This document shows positions 31,559-42,159 of a DNA stretch of 64,000 nucleotides, one piece after another. A program made the position numbers and the translations under genes. The notes beneath the pieces were generated by a model. It did no database searches. It was not told the origin of the DNA and saw only the letters and a program-made list of their open reading frames with translations. Origin of the DNA: a virus; the IMG/VR virus record IMGVR_UViG_3300046787_000327, positions 32,001 to 96,000 of that record; one strand, given 5' to 3'. Numbering within the stretch: position 1 is the first letter of the stretch; every line of letters starts with the position of its first letter.

Positions 31559-31992
31559 TGGCAACAAGTAAGGTTAAGCGGGTAGTAATTAAAAAAGAAG
31601 ATCTTCCTGCCTATAGTGGAGACAACCAGTCATATATATTAAGGTACAGAGTAATATCTGAAGACCGAAATAGATCTTCTCAGTGGTCTCCTCAATATAG
31701 ACTTCCCATCCCATCACAAACACAGATTGAATATGCAATTACAGCCAACCCAACAACTAAAATGATCAATCTAGTGTGGGGAACATCTGAAGCATCTAAG
31801 TTCGATGTATACATTAAATGGGATAGTAGTCCTTATATCTATGCAGGATCTGTGAATACATCAATGTATGCTTGTTTAATTAAGAATGGTGCATCATCTG
31901 TAAAGATTGCTGTACAGGTTCCAACATTTCCAAAGCAGAGATTCACCAGTGCAACACTTTTTGAAACCACTGAAACCAGTGTAGTGGTATAA
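31558..31992 (+). CDS. Putative minor tail protein (FN3-like)
   Basis: YRVISEDRNRSSQWS motif; coupled. Confidence 0.45.
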   Translation: MATSKVKRVVIKKEDLPAYSGDNQSYILRYRVISEDRNRSSQWSPQYRLPIPSQTQIEYAITANPTTKMINLVWGTSEASKFDVYIKWDSSPYIYAGSVNTSMYACLIKNGASSVKIAVQVPTFPKQRFTSATLFETTETSVVV

Positions 31993-31999
31993 TAGTAGT

Positions 32000-32443
32000 A
32001 TGGCAAAAATTCCTCTCCCAGAGCGTGGTCAACCACTAGATGTTGCATACATCTATCAGTTGGCTAATGCTATTAATGAACTGTCTAGCCAGGTATCTCC
32101 AGCATTATACAAGTATGTTACTATTGATACCCCAGGTGTAGGTCAGCAAAGCGTAAAGGCTTCTGAGGCAAGGATTCTTGGCGGGTACAAAGAGATCGTA
32201 AATAGTGCAAGCAAGACAAAGGGTGACACAGTTCCGTTCTCTTATGAGTTTAGCACTGACTTCAAGTACGCACCTGTAGCAGTTGCTACGCCTCTTAATG
32301 TTGGAAACACTCCTGCAGGAAAGAATGTCTCTGTTGTTTTAAAATCTGTAACTACATCAAAAATTGAGGGTGTTGTAATCTTCAATGAAACAGGAGACCT
32401 TTCTGTAGCAGTAAACCTAGTAGTTATCGGAATCCCTAACTAA
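32000..32443 (+). CDS. Putative structural protein (H-type-lectin-like C-terminus)
   Basis: FKYAPVAVAT...VNLVVIG; leaderless TGgTATAAT 31985-31993. Confidence 0.45.
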   Translation: MAKIPLPERGQPLDVAYIYQLANAINELSSQVSPALYKYVTIDTPGVGQQSVKASEARILGGYKEIVNSASKTKGDTVPFSYEFSTDFKYAPVAVATPLNVGNTPAGKNVSVVLKSVTTSKIEGVVIFNETGDLSVAVNLVVIGIPN

Positions 32444-32634
32444 TGCTTAAATGTGAAAAATGCAAAAGTAGAATGTTTGTTGATAGACAATATAGTAGTT
32501 CTACACACCTAGAAACTTACTGCATCATGTGCGGTCATAGAAGATTTTTTAATCCACCACAGAATTCATCGGAGGGCAGATGGCTTTTAGAAAAGGAAGC
32601 ATCGAGAGCGAAGGCTACAATAACGCACCTGTAA
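32443..32634 (+). CDS. Small zinc-ribbon protein
   Basis: CEKC...CIMCG. Confidence 0.6.
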   Translation: MLKCEKCKSRMFVDRQYSSSTHLETYCIMCGHRRFFNPPQNSSEGRWLLEKEASRAKATITHL

Positions 32635-33122
32635 TTCCAGGGAATAAAAAAGTTTGGTTTCTCAATGGTGATCTTGTTAGAATTCATCATCTCAATAGAT
32701 CTAATGGCATCATGTCTGTTTATAATATTACACAGGACAGGCTTGAAAGTTGTTTGATTGGTGACTTTAAAAAGAAGAGAGAGCGAGCCTACACTGTAGG
32801 GGAAACTGCTATTCTTGTTAATAGGCATAAGAAATATATGCCATCATTAATGAAACGAGGAATCATTCCTCACCCAATGGGGTCTCAGAAAGGTGGCAAG
32901 ACTGGCTTTCAGGTAAGATCCTATTACTCAGAATCGCAAGTTAGAGCCATCCGTGATATACTTGCTACATACCATATTGGTAGGCCACGCAAAGATAATT
33001 TAATAACAAATGATATGACTCCCAGTGTGCAAGAGTTGACACGGCGTATGGGAGACGGTATACTTACATATGTAAGAACTGAAGATGGAAGGTTTGTTCC
33101 AGTTTGGAATGAGTCTATTTAA
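32580..33122 (+). CDS. Putative MerR-like HTH DNA-binding protein
   Basis: YTVGETAILVN...RSYYSESQVRAI. Confidence 0.55.
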   Translation: MAFRKGSIESEGYNNAPVIPGNKKVWFLNGDLVRIHHLNRSNGIMSVYNITQDRLESCLIGDFKKKRERAYTVGETAILVNRHKKYMPSLMKRGIIPHPMGSQKGGKTGFQVRSYYSESQVRAIRDILATYHIGRPRKDNLITNDMTPSVQELTRRMGDGILTYVRTEDGRFVPVWNESI

Positions 33123-33135
33123 CGAAGGGTATGAA

Positions 33136-33345
33136 ATGGAAAACGAATCAACAAAGGTATCTGTTACACTAGGATACACACTTAATCTAGGAAACTTTCA
33201 GTCACTCAGAATTGATCTGGGTATTGTAGAGTCTCGTAAGAATGGTGAAACAATTGACCAAGCCTTTGAGCGTGTCTACAAGTTCGTTGAGGACAAGTTG
33301 ACAGACAAGATCAAGGAAGCCCAATCGGAGGCATCTGAAGACTAA
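33136..33345 (+). CDS. Hypothetical protein
   Basis: Start reassigned to ATG 33136 after GAAGGG; LGYTLNLGNFQSLRID. Confidence 0.65.
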   Translation: MENESTKVSVTLGYTLNLGNFQSLRIDLGIVESRKNGETIDQAFERVYKFVEDKLTDKIKEAQSEASED

Positions 33346-33653
33346 TGGCAGAACGCAAAGACCGCATGGCTTTGCTTTCACGCTACAGCAAGTTCCATAC
33401 TGCAAAGTATGAGCAAAAGCCATCACTAAACCTAAATGTAGAACAATGGGCAGCAGATGCTCTCATTGAGTCCTACGGCATTGGAGGATGCTATGATATT
33501 CTTGAGTATTACTTTAGTATTGCTCAGTCTCCTAGTTGGAACTACTTTTCGTACAATACGGAAAAAATATTTCAAGCAAAGTTAGATAAAGAGAAAGACC
33601 AAAAAGAGAGAGAAGAGCGTAGACGAATGGCAAAGGAGTGGCTAAGTGAATAA
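33345..33653 (+). CDS. Hypothetical protein upstream of helicase
   Basis: Coupled ORF. Confidence 0.65.
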   Translation: MAERKDRMALLSRYSKFHTAKYEQKPSLNLNVEQWAADALIESYGIGGCYDILEYYFSIAQSPSWNYFSYNTEKIFQAKLDKEKDQKEREERRRMAKEWLSE

Positions 33654-34866
33654 TACAGAGGCAAAGGTAATCTCCGCAGTCCTACAGGATAAGCAGGTCC
33701 ATGTTCTTTTACAAGCAAACATCGACAATCTTCTCAGAACTCATAATGATGTCTGGGACTTTATCCGCAATTACTTTGAGAACAATAGTGCATGTCCTCC
33801 AGTATCTTTGGTTGTTGAAAAGTTTAGAGACTTTCACCCTATTGATGGTGTTGGTGCAACCAAGCATCACCTGGAAGAACTGCAAACAGAATACCTCAAT
33901 GATAGTCTAAAAGACATTTTGAGATCTGCAGCAGGAGATGTTCAAGCAGGCAATGGCAATGCAGCACTAGACCATTTGATTACACAGACCTCAGAACTTA
34001 AGAAAAACACTTCTGCAATTCGTGATATCGATGTAACAGATCTAGAGTCTGCACTTGCATACTTCGAGCACCTAAAGGAGCAGAAGTTGCTTGGTCATGT
34101 TGGTATCAAAACTAACTTGCCAGGGTTTGACAACTACCTTCCTTCTGGAATTATGCCTGGACAACTTGGCGTGTTTCTTGCTTATCCTGGTATTGGTAAA
34201 TCATGGATGGCCCTATACTTTGCGGTACAGGCTTGGAAGCAGGGCAAGTCTCCACTAGTAATCTCACTTGAAATGTCTGAGACTGAAGTTCGTAACCGTG
34301 TATTTACTATCATGGGTGAAGGTCTTTGGTCACATCGCAAGTTATCAAATGGTGAAGTAGAACTAGACACCCTTAAGGAATGGCACAAGCGTCATCTAGA
34401 GGGTAAGCCAGAGTTCCACATCATCTCTAATGATAACGGTGGCGAGATCAATCCTTCCGTACTTCGTGGAAAGATTGACCAGTACAAGCCAGACTTTGTG
34501 ATTGTGGACTACCTACAGTTGATGAGCCCAAACCAAAAGGCTGATAACGAAACGGTAAAGATGAAGAACCTTTCACGAGAACTTAAACTTATGGCTATTG
34601 GAGAAGAGATTCCACTAATTGCTATTTCATCTGCTACTCCAGACGATGTTAATGATCTTAGTGGTGTTCCTACACTTGGACAGACCGCTTGGTCTAGACA
34701 GATCGCCTATGATGCTGACTGGGTTATTGCCCTTGGTCGTGCCACCAACAGCGATGTCATTGAGTGTGCATTCCGTAAGAACCGTAACGGCTTTATGGGA
34801 GACTTCCTAGTACAGGTTGACTTTGATAGAGGGTACTATCGATATAAAGATTTTGAAGATAAGTAG
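33646..34866 (+). CDS. dnaB: Replicative DnaB-like helicase
   Basis: AYPGIGKS Walker A, SLEMS, VIVDYLQL, IAYDAD, KNRNG. Confidence 0.92.
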   Translation: MNNTEAKVISAVLQDKQVHVLLQANIDNLLRTHNDVWDFIRNYFENNSACPPVSLVVEKFRDFHPIDGVGATKHHLEELQTEYLNDSLKDILRSAAGDVQAGNGNAALDHLITQTSELKKNTSAIRDIDVTDLESALAYFEHLKEQKLLGHVGIKTNLPGFDNYLPSGIMPGQLGVFLAYPGIGKSWMALYFAVQAWKQGKSPLVISLEMSETEVRNRVFTIMGEGLWSHRKLSNGEVELDTLKEWHKRHLEGKPEFHIISNDNGGEINPSVLRGKIDQYKPDFVIVDYLQLMSPNQKADNETVKMKNLSRELKLMAIGEEIPLIAISSATPDDVNDLSGVPTLGQTAWSRQIAYDADWVIALGRATNSDVIECAFRKNRNGFMGDFLVQVDFDRGYYRYKDFEDK

Positions 34867-34878
34867 TTATAATATGAT

Positions 34879-35232
34879 ATGCAAGAAATCAAGGGGTACG
34901 CCCCACCTACCTTCTACCATCATAGGCCTATCAAGAAGTTCTATCTTGATGGGGTCATACATGATGAGTCAGCACTTGGTAGGTTAAAGGATGAATACAT
35001 TAGGCTCTTGGACTCAGAAATGCGACTTTCTGGATATGTCCCAAGGCTTGACATAATCCCAGATTTTACGATAGACTATAACCACACAAAAAAATATTTT
35101 GAATTTCAACTAACAGTACACGGGACTTATACAGGGAGAAAACAGAGCGAATGGATAGCAGGAATAGACGTAAGCACACCAATCTATATACAAAAGAACA
35201 AATTAAAAGAGTCCTTACGGGAACAGGTGTAA
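34879..35232 (+). CDS. Hypothetical protein
   Basis: TATAAT at 34868-34873, leaderless start; overlaps primase by 82 nt. Confidence 0.65.
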   Translation: MQEIKGYAPPTFYHHRPIKKFYLDGVIHDESALGRLKDEYIRLLDSEMRLSGYVPRLDIIPDFTIDYNHTKKYFEFQLTVHGTYTGRKQSEWIAGIDVSTPIYIQKNKLKESLREQV

Positions 35233-36095
35233 CCATTGAGTCAGAGATTGACTCTGACTATATCGTCTTTTGTCCTTACCATAACAACAACAGAACCCCT
35301 GCAGGAGAAGTAGATAAGTTTAATGGAACCTTCTTTTGCTTTTCATGTCACCATGTGGCTAATCTAGTTGAGTTTGTTATGCACATGTCAAGTCGCACTT
35401 ACTTCGAGGCTGTTAGATATATTAAAGGCAAAGAGACTGAGCAAGATCTTGAAAGAGATATTAATCAGAAACTTCTTGCAAAGCCTGACTTCGTTCCATA
35501 TGATGAACTAATTCTCAAGAGACTAAATAATAACTTATTTGGATCTGACAGAGCAAAGAACTATTTTGAATATAGAAAGATTACTCCAGCATCTTGGTCA
35601 AAGTTTACACTAGGTTTCTCTGAGAAACAGGATATGGTTACTGTACCAGTGCACAGTCCAGATGGAATGCCTGTAGGGTTTGTTGGTAGATCAATTGAAG
35701 GTAAGGAGTTTAAGAATACTCCAGGTCTGCCTAAAGCAAAAACATTGTTTAATCTTCATAGAGTAAAGACTGCAGATAAAGTCTATGTGGTAGAATCATC
35801 TTTCGATGCAATTCGTTTAGACCAGGTTGGATTTCCTGCAGTAGCAACCCTTGGTGCGAATGTATCAAACATACAAATAGAATTGCTTCAGAAGTATTTC
35901 AATAACATTATTGTTATTGCAGATAATGATGAGGCGGGAGGAAATATGAAAACTAAGATAATTGAAAAACTTGGTTCTCGTGTATCCGTTATACAACTAA
36001 ATAAACAATATAAAGATATAGGCGACATGGATGACAAGTCTATTAAAGAACTAGATTATGAGTTTGACAAGTCAATACTATCCATGCTAAACTAA
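35151..36095 (+). CDS. dnaG: DNA primase (CHC2 zinc finger + TOPRIM)
   Basis: CPYH...CFSC; VVESSFDA; ADNDEAG; KDIGD. Confidence 0.9.
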   Translation: MDSRNRRKHTNLYTKEQIKRVLTGTGVTIESEIDSDYIVFCPYHNNNRTPAGEVDKFNGTFFCFSCHHVANLVEFVMHMSSRTYFEAVRYIKGKETEQDLERDINQKLLAKPDFVPYDELILKRLNNNLFGSDRAKNYFEYRKITPASWSKFTLGFSEKQDMVTVPVHSPDGMPVGFVGRSIEGKEFKNTPGLPKAKTLFNLHRVKTADKVYVVESSFDAIRLDQVGFPAVATLGANVSNIQIELLQKYFNNIIVIADNDEAGGNMKTKIIEKLGSRVSVIQLNKQYKDIGDMDDKSIKELDYEFDKSILSMLN

Positions 36096-36122
36096 TACAT
36101 AACAACACAAAAGGAGCAACAC

Positions 36123-36776
36123 ATGAGCGTAATTAAAGGTCTTAAGGACATTAGCGCACTACTCGACAAGCCAAAGTACGAAAGTACAGGACAAAAGGTT
36201 CGTTGGGTAAAGTTAGCAGATGGTCAATCTGCAAAGATCCGTTTCGTAGAGGAACTCGATCAAGACTCAGCACACTACAACGAGGGCCGTGGTCTTTCAG
36301 TAGTAGTATCAGAACACACAAACCCAAAGGATTACAAGCGTAAGGCTGCTTGCACTATTGATTCAGAGGGTCGCTGCTTCGGTTGCGAAATGGCAAAGAA
36401 GGAACCTAAGTCTGGCTGGAGAGCACGACTTCGTTTCTACTGCAATGTCCTAATCAATGACGGTACAGAAGATGCATACATCGCTGTATGGTCACAGGGT
36501 ATCTCAAAGCAGTCAGCATTCAATAACATTCGTGAGTATGCACTTGATACAGGTAGCATCTCAAACCTTGAGTGGAAGTTAAAGCGTAATGGACAGGGAA
36601 CTGAAACCAACTACACACTTCTACCTTCAAAGCCAGATACAGAACCATTTGCATGGGAAGGCTTTGAATACTTCAACCTAGAAAAGGTTGTCCGTGAAGT
36701 TCCTTACCCAGAGCAGGAAGCATTCTACTTTGGGTTTGACACTCCATCCGTTACCAGCACGAATATCGACTGGTAA
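36123..36776 (+). CDS. Single-stranded DNA-binding protein (gp32-like)
   Basis: KIRF, H...C...C..C, KRNGQGTETNY, acidic/aromatic C-terminal DW; strong SD. Confidence 0.7.
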   Translation: MSVIKGLKDISALLDKPKYESTGQKVRWVKLADGQSAKIRFVEELDQDSAHYNEGRGLSVVVSEHTNPKDYKRKAACTIDSEGRCFGCEMAKKEPKSGWRARLRFYCNVLINDGTEDAYIAVWSQGISKQSAFNNIREYALDTGSISNLEWKLKRNGQGTETNYTLLPSKPDTEPFAWEGFEYFNLEKVVREVPYPEQEAFYFGFDTPSVTSTNIDW

Positions 36777-36779
36777 TAA

Positions 36780-39700
36780 ATGAGTTACGTAGGCTTACAC
36801 GTACACACCCACTATTCCCTCTTTGACGGAATCGCTACTCCAGAAGAATACATTGACCGTGCAGTTGAGTTGGGGATGCCAGCAATTGCTATCACCGACC
36901 ACGGTACTTTATCTGGGCATAGGGAACTGCACCGTATTGCAAAAGCGAAGGGTATTAAGCCTATACTTGGTGTAGAAGGCTATATGTGTCAAGATAGATT
37001 CGATACAAGAGATAAGTCTGAAAGAGACGGAGACCTTGATCTAGTCTACAACCATATAGTCCTTCTCGCCAAGAACCAAATTGGTTTAGAGAACCTTAAC
37101 AAGATTAATGAGATTGCGTGGACAGAAGGCTACTTCAAGAAGCCACGATTCGACTTTGAAATCTTGGAAAAGTATTCAGAAGGTATTATTGTTACCTCTG
37201 CTTGTCCAAGTAGCGTACTTGTAAAGGCACTTGAAAATAATGAGTTTGCCATTGCTAAGAAGCATATTGAATGGTTTAAACGAGTATTTAATGATGACTA
37301 CTACATTGAAGTTATGCCACACAATGAGGCAGAGATTAATAAGCAGTTAATTCAATTGGCTGATGAGTTTGGAGTGCAGGTTGTCGTTACACCTGACTGC
37401 CACCATAGTTCAGTCGATCAGAAGGAGATTCAAGAATTTAAACTTCTGTTAAATACGCATGTCAAAATAGACAAAGAGCATACCTTTGAAAAGTCTAAGA
37501 AGTATACAGACATGATGGAACGCTTGGATTACCTATACGGACATGATCGTCAGATCACATTTAACGAGTTTGACATTCACCTACTCTCTTATGAGGAGAT
37601 GAAGTCTGCTATGGAAGCCCAGGGTATTGACCGTCCAGATATTTACTCTAACACACTTGCTATCGCTGAAAAAGTTGGGGACTATGGAATTCAGGAAGGT
37701 CTAGACCTACTACCAGTACAATACAAGCACCCAGATAAAGAACTTAAAGAGTTAGCCCTTGCTGGACTCACAGAGCGAGGTGTAGACTCACAAGAATATC
37801 TAGATAGATTAGATGAAGAACTGCAAGTAATTAAGGACAAGAAGTTTGCACCGTACTTCCTAGTTGTTCGAAGCATGATTAACTGGGCTAAGAAGGAAGA
37901 CATCATGGTAGGTCCTGGTCGTGGATCTGCTGCAGGCTCATTGCTTTGTTATGCACTTGGTATTACAGATATTGATCCAATCAAGCATGGACTACTGTTC
38001 TTCCGATTTATTAACCCAGACCGTAATGACTTCCCTGATATCGATACTGATATTCAAGATACTCGTCGTGAAGAGGTTAAAGATTATCTAGTTAGACAGT
38101 ATCGACATGTTGCATCTATTGCTACATTCCTTTCTTTTAAGGATAAGGGTGTTGTACGAGATGTTGCACGAGTGCTCAACATTCCACTTACAGATGTTAA
38201 CAAGGTTCTAAAACTTGTAGATACATGGGATGACTTCTGCACATCTAAAGCAACTAGAGAATTTAGAGAGAAATATCCAGAGGTAGAAATTTATGGAGAA
38301 CAACTTCGTGGTCGTATTAGAGGCACTGGCATTCACGCTGCTGGTGTTGTCACTAGTAAAGACCCCATCTTCCGATTCGCACCAATGGAGACACGATCTT
38401 CTACTGGTAGCGATGAGCGTATCCCTGTTGTTGCTGTGGATATGGAAGAGGCAGAACGGATTGGCCTAATCAAGATTGATGCTTTGGGTCTTAAAACTCT
38501 ATCAGTCCTTAAAGATACACTAGATATCATTGAGGAACGAGATGGAAAGAAAATTGACCTTCTCAAGATTGATATGGATGATGCCAATGTTTATCAAATG
38601 CTTTCTGACGGGTACACAAAGGGTGTATTCCAGTGTGAAGCAGCACCATATACAAACCTGCTAGTTAAGATGGGTGTAAAGAATCTTGCAGAATTAGCAG
38701 CATCAAATGCTTTGGTTCGTCCAGGTGCTATGAATACAATTGGTAAAGACTACATTGCTATTAAGCATGGTCGTCAGAATCCAAACTATAAGCACCAAAT
38801 TATTAAATCCTTTACTGCAGAGACATACGGATGTATTCTCTATCAGGAGCAGGTTATGCAGGCTTGTGTGGCATTGGGTGGCATGTCTATGACTGATGCT
38901 GACAAGGTTCGTAAGATTATTGGTAAGAAGAAGGATGCAAAAGAGTTTGATGTGTTTAAGGATCAGTTCATTAAGGGTGCTTCTCAATACATTAGCCCTA
39001 ATGTTGCACTAGACCTATGGCATGACTTTGAGGCTCACGCAGGGTACTCATTTAACAAGTCACACGCAGTAGCATACTCAACACTCTCATACTGGACAGC
39101 ATGGTTGAAGTACCACTATCCACTAGAGTTTATGTACTCACTACTAAAGAATGAAAAGGATAAAGATGCAAGAACTGAATACCTCATTGAAGCGAAGCGT
39201 ATGGGCATTTCGATTAAACTGCCACATATTAACGATTCGGATATTGATTTTAAAATTGAAGGCAAGGGTATTCGGTTTGGGTTATCAGGAATTAAGTTCA
39301 TCTCTGATAAAATTGCAGAAAGATATCTTGCTGCTCGCCCGTTCGTATCCTACAAAGAACTTGAAGAGTTTACCTTTACAAAGGGTAACGGGGTTAATTC
39401 TAGGGCTCTTCAAGCACTAAGAGTTGTGGGTGCAGCAACCTTCCAGGATAATCCTAGAAATGATGCAGAGATTAAAGAGAATCTATACGAGTACCTAAAC
39501 CTACCTGAGTTCAATATCTCAGTTCCTTCACACTACCACGCTTTCATAACAGAGGCTGAGGATTATGAGGAGAAGGGGTCCTTTATTCTCATGGGAATGG
39601 TGAAGGGAATTAAGCGAGCAAAAGGCTGGGCTAGAGTAGAACTCCTTGATAAGACTGGTAGTGTTGGAATCTTTGATGATGAGAACACAACTATTGAGGC

Positions 39701-40052
39701 TGGAAGTTCGTACATTATCCTTGCCAATGATAACAGAATTGTTTCTGCAGTACCTGTAGATCAAATCAAGGTATCGGATGCAGCAATGATTAAGTTCTTA
39801 AACTATAAGATGTTGCCATATAAAGATGATGACATGTTTGTAGTTTCATTTAAGTCAAGAGTTACAAAGGCTGGCAAGAAGATGGCCTCACTAACTCTTG
39901 CAGATGCTTCAAGAGGTCTTCACTCAGTGACTGTGTTCCCTACAGCATTTGCAAAGGCATTCATGAAGATCGAAGAAGGCAATACCTATAAGTTTAGTTT
40001 CGGAAAGACTAAAGATGGAACAGTTATATTGGAGGATGTAAATAATGCTTGA
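36780..40052 (+). CDS. dnaE: DNA polymerase III alpha-type (family C) polymerase
   Basis: PHP motifs HVHTHYS and TDHG; GPGRGSAAGS; PDIDTD; HAAG; KIDALGL; YSFNKSHA. Confidence 0.95.
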   Translation: MSYVGLHVHTHYSLFDGIATPEEYIDRAVELGMPAIAITDHGTLSGHRELHRIAKAKGIKPILGVEGYMCQDRFDTRDKSERDGDLDLVYNHIVLLAKNQIGLENLNKINEIAWTEGYFKKPRFDFEILEKYSEGIIVTSACPSSVLVKALENNEFAIAKKHIEWFKRVFNDDYYIEVMPHNEAEINKQLIQLADEFGVQVVVTPDCHHSSVDQKEIQEFKLLLNTHVKIDKEHTFEKSKKYTDMMERLDYLYGHDRQITFNEFDIHLLSYEEMKSAMEAQGIDRPDIYSNTLAIAEKVGDYGIQEGLDLLPVQYKHPDKELKELALAGLTERGVDSQEYLDRLDEELQVIKDKKFAPYFLVVRSMINWAKKEDIMVGPGRGSAAGSLLCYALGITDIDPIKHGLLFFRFINPDRNDFPDIDTDIQDTRREEVKDYLVRQYRHVASIATFLSFKDKGVVRDVARVLNIPLTDVNKVLKLVDTWDDFCTSKATREFREKYPEVEIYGEQLRGRIRGTGIHAAGVVTSKDPIFRFAPMETRSSTGSDERIPVVAVDMEEAERIGLIKIDALGLKTLSVLKDTLDIIEERDGKKIDLLKIDMDDANVYQMLSDGYTKGVFQCEAAPYTNLLVKMGVKNLAELAASNALVRPGAMNTIGKDYIAIKHGRQNPNYKHQIIKSFTAETYGCILYQEQVMQACVALGGMSMTDADKVRKIIGKKKDAKEFDVFKDQFIKGASQYISPNVALDLWHDFEAHAGYSFNKSHAVAYSTLSYWTAWLKYHYPLEFMYSLLKNEKDKDARTEYLIEAKRMGISIKLPHINDSDIDFKIEGKGIRFGLSGIKFISDKIAERYLAARPFVSYKELEEFTFTKGNGVNSRALQALRVVGAATFQDNPRNDAEIKENLYEYLNLPEFNISVPSHYHAFITEAEDYEEKGSFILMGMVKGIKRAKGWARVELLDKTGSVGIFDDENTTIEAGSSYIILANDNRIVSAVPVDQIKVSDAAMIKFLNYKMLPYKDDDMFVVSFKSRVTKAGKKMASLTLADASRGLHSVTVFPTAFAKAFMKIEEGNTYKFSFGKTKDGTVILEDVNNA

Positions 40053-40368
40053 TAACATGGCAGTTGAGTTACACAAGAACGCAGTAGTAAAGGGCTTTTG
40101 GCCAGAAGCAGAAGATGTTGATGACATCTTTGTTGCAAAGCAATTGATGATGATCGTGTCAGAAGTTGTTGAGGCAATGGAAGCAATTCGTAAAGATAAG
40201 GGTGAGGAAGAGATCACTGCAGAGTTTGCAGACATTCTCATCAGAACTCTAGACCTTTATGCAGGAATTGTTGAAGCAGGGTATACTAGATTATCTCTAG
40301 ATCATGTATTGAAGCAGAAGTCAGAGTTCAATAAGACTAGACCAGAGAAGCATGGGGTTCGATTCTAA
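40045..40368 (+). CDS. MazG-like nucleotide pyrophosphohydrolase
   Basis: SEVVEAMEA...EFADILIR...NKTRP. Confidence 0.8.
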   Translation: MLDNMAVELHKNAVVKGFWPEAEDVDDIFVAKQLMMIVSEVVEAMEAIRKDKGEEEITAEFADILIRTLDLYAGIVEAGYTRLSLDHVLKQKSEFNKTRPEKHGVRF

Positions 40369-41381
40369 TGACTGTAACAATTGAAGATGTATTGGCTCAA
40401 CTTAATCCTAAGTTGCGTAAGACTATTATGTCTGGTGATTCTATTCCACCAACAGAATATGCAATTACCCCTAGCGTGGGCTTAAACCGTGCTCTCAATG
40501 GTGGACTTCCATACGGTAGACAAGTCCTTATTTGGGGGTCAAAGTCCTCTGCAAAGTCCTCTCTATGCCTTCAGATGATTGGTCTAGCACAGAAGGAAGG
40601 AAAACTCTGTGCATGGATTGATGCTGAAATGTCATACGATAAGTCTTGGGCTGAAAAACTTGGGGTAGATACTTCAAAGTTAATCGTATCTCAGTGCAGA
40701 ACTATCAATGAAATGGTAGACATTGGCACTAGCCTAATGCAGGCAGGCGTAGACATGATCGTGGTTGACTCAATCACTTCCTTGCTTCCAGCCATTTACT
40801 TTGAAAAGGATTCAGATGAACTCAAGCAACTTGAAAATACAAAGCAGATTGGTGCAGAGTCACGAGACTTTTCCAATGCTTGGAAGATGATTAACTATGC
40901 TAATAACAAGGTTAAGCCAACTCTTTTTGTACTCATTAGTCAGAGTCGTAATAATATTAGTGCTATGTATACTAGCCAGCAGCCTACTGGTGGTCAGGCT
41001 ACTAAGTTCTATTCATCAACAGTTATTAAACTGTTCTCGTCAGAATCAGATAACCAAGCAATTAAGGGGAAGATACATGTTGGGGATAAACTCATTGAAG
41101 AAAAGATTGGTAGAAAGGTACGCTGGGAACTTCAGTTCTCTAAAACATCTCCTGGCTTCCAATCTGGAGAGTATGACTTTTATTTTCGTGGCGATGATGT
41201 CGGCATTGATAGTATTGGCGATCTGGTGGACACGGCTGAGTTAGCAGGTCTTGTAAATCGTACAGGTGCTTGGTATCAACTAGAGGATGGCACAAAGGTC
41301 CAGGGTAGAGAAGGATTTGTCAACCGTGTTAAGGAAGACCTTGATCTGCAGGAGAGCCTACGAAAGCAACTCAATGGCTAG
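40368..41381 (+). CDS. recA: RecA-like recombinase
   Basis: GGLPYGR, WIDAE, VVDSI, TGGQATKFYSS, GAWY, QGRE. Confidence 0.9.
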   Translation: MTVTIEDVLAQLNPKLRKTIMSGDSIPPTEYAITPSVGLNRALNGGLPYGRQVLIWGSKSSAKSSLCLQMIGLAQKEGKLCAWIDAEMSYDKSWAEKLGVDTSKLIVSQCRTINEMVDIGTSLMQAGVDMIVVDSITSLLPAIYFEKDSDELKQLENTKQIGAESRDFSNAWKMINYANNKVKPTLFVLISQSRNNISAMYTSQQPTGGQATKFYSSTVIKLFSSESDNQAIKGKIHVGDKLIEEKIGRKVRWELQFSKTSPGFQSGEYDFYFRGDDVGIDSIGDLVDTAELAGLVNRTGAWYQLEDGTKVQGREGFVNRVKEDLDLQESLRKQLNG

Positions 41382-41550
41382 TTATACAGTCTATAATGGT
41401 CAATTTCTATGTCATGTCTGCAAGGTAGAAGTCAAAACACTAAGACTTTATCCAGACACTAAGGTTGCAACTTGGATGTGTAAGGATAAGCACCTTAGCA
41501 CCGTAAGTTTTAATAAGCGAAAGAGGAGTGATTTTGAGCGAGAGGAGTGA
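41374..41550 (+). CDS. Small zinc-ribbon protein
   Basis: ATG overlaps recA end; CHVC...CKDKH. Confidence 0.55.
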   Translation: MASYTVYNGQFLCHVCKVEVKTLRLYPDTKVATWMCKDKHLSTVSFNKRKRSDFEREE

Positions 41551-41821
41551 GTCAAAGCGCTTCGGCGCAAAGCAACACAAGAACTCAGGACGAAACACTC
41601 ACAAGGGGGATGCTACTTGGAGAAACTTTACAGTTGACTTCAAGGAGTACCCCAAAGGTATTACCATTAGCAAAGAGATTTGGGCTAAGGCTGTTACTGA
41701 TGCTATCAGGAATGGTAATGATCCAGCAATATTTTTGGTACTGGGCGAGGGTAATGCCAAGGTAAGACTTGCAGTAATAGAGGTAGACATGCTAGAGCAA
41801 CTAACTGAGGAGGAATCATGA
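41528..41821 (+). CDS. Putative PD-(D/E)xK nuclease / Holliday junction resolvase-like
   Basis: SGR...KGDA...VDFKE. Confidence 0.55.
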   Translation: MILSERSESKRFGAKQHKNSGRNTHKGDATWRNFTVDFKEYPKGITISKEIWAKAVTDAIRNGNDPAIFLVLGEGNAKVRLAVIEVDMLEQLTEEES

Positions 41822-42123
41822 CAGAACAACAAACAACTTTAGAGATGGTAAACGGTCTTGCAGAGATTGCAGACTTTATGGAAGACGAGGAGTTGACTCA
41901 GGCTTTATCATTCATTGCTAAGATTATTATTAAGCCAGATATTCCTACACAGGTGGCTACGATTGAGATCGTACGCCTGCAGGCTATTGCAGCAAAGATG
42001 TCACTCAAGGCAACCTGGATGGCTAATGTAGATAAGTCTGACAGAGCAAAGAAGAATCTTTACTTTACTTCGGCAGAAGCAATCAATAATCTTGTGTCTG
42101 CCCTCAAGTACATCACACGATAA
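41818..42123 (+). CDS. Hypothetical helical protein
   Basis: SD GAGGAGG, coupled. Confidence 0.65.
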   Translation: MTEQQTTLEMVNGLAEIADFMEDEELTQALSFIAKIIIKPDIPTQVATIEIVRLQAIAAKMSLKATWMANVDKSDRAKKNLYFTSAEAINNLVSALKYITR

Positions 42124-42159
42124 TCTGCTATACTTATACTAATAGAAACGAGAAATTAA

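Noticed and set aside
36780-40052. Possible inteins or introns in dnaE, nrdJ, dnaB, terL
   Set aside because: Lengths and motif spacing are normal; no intein splice motifs or frame breaks
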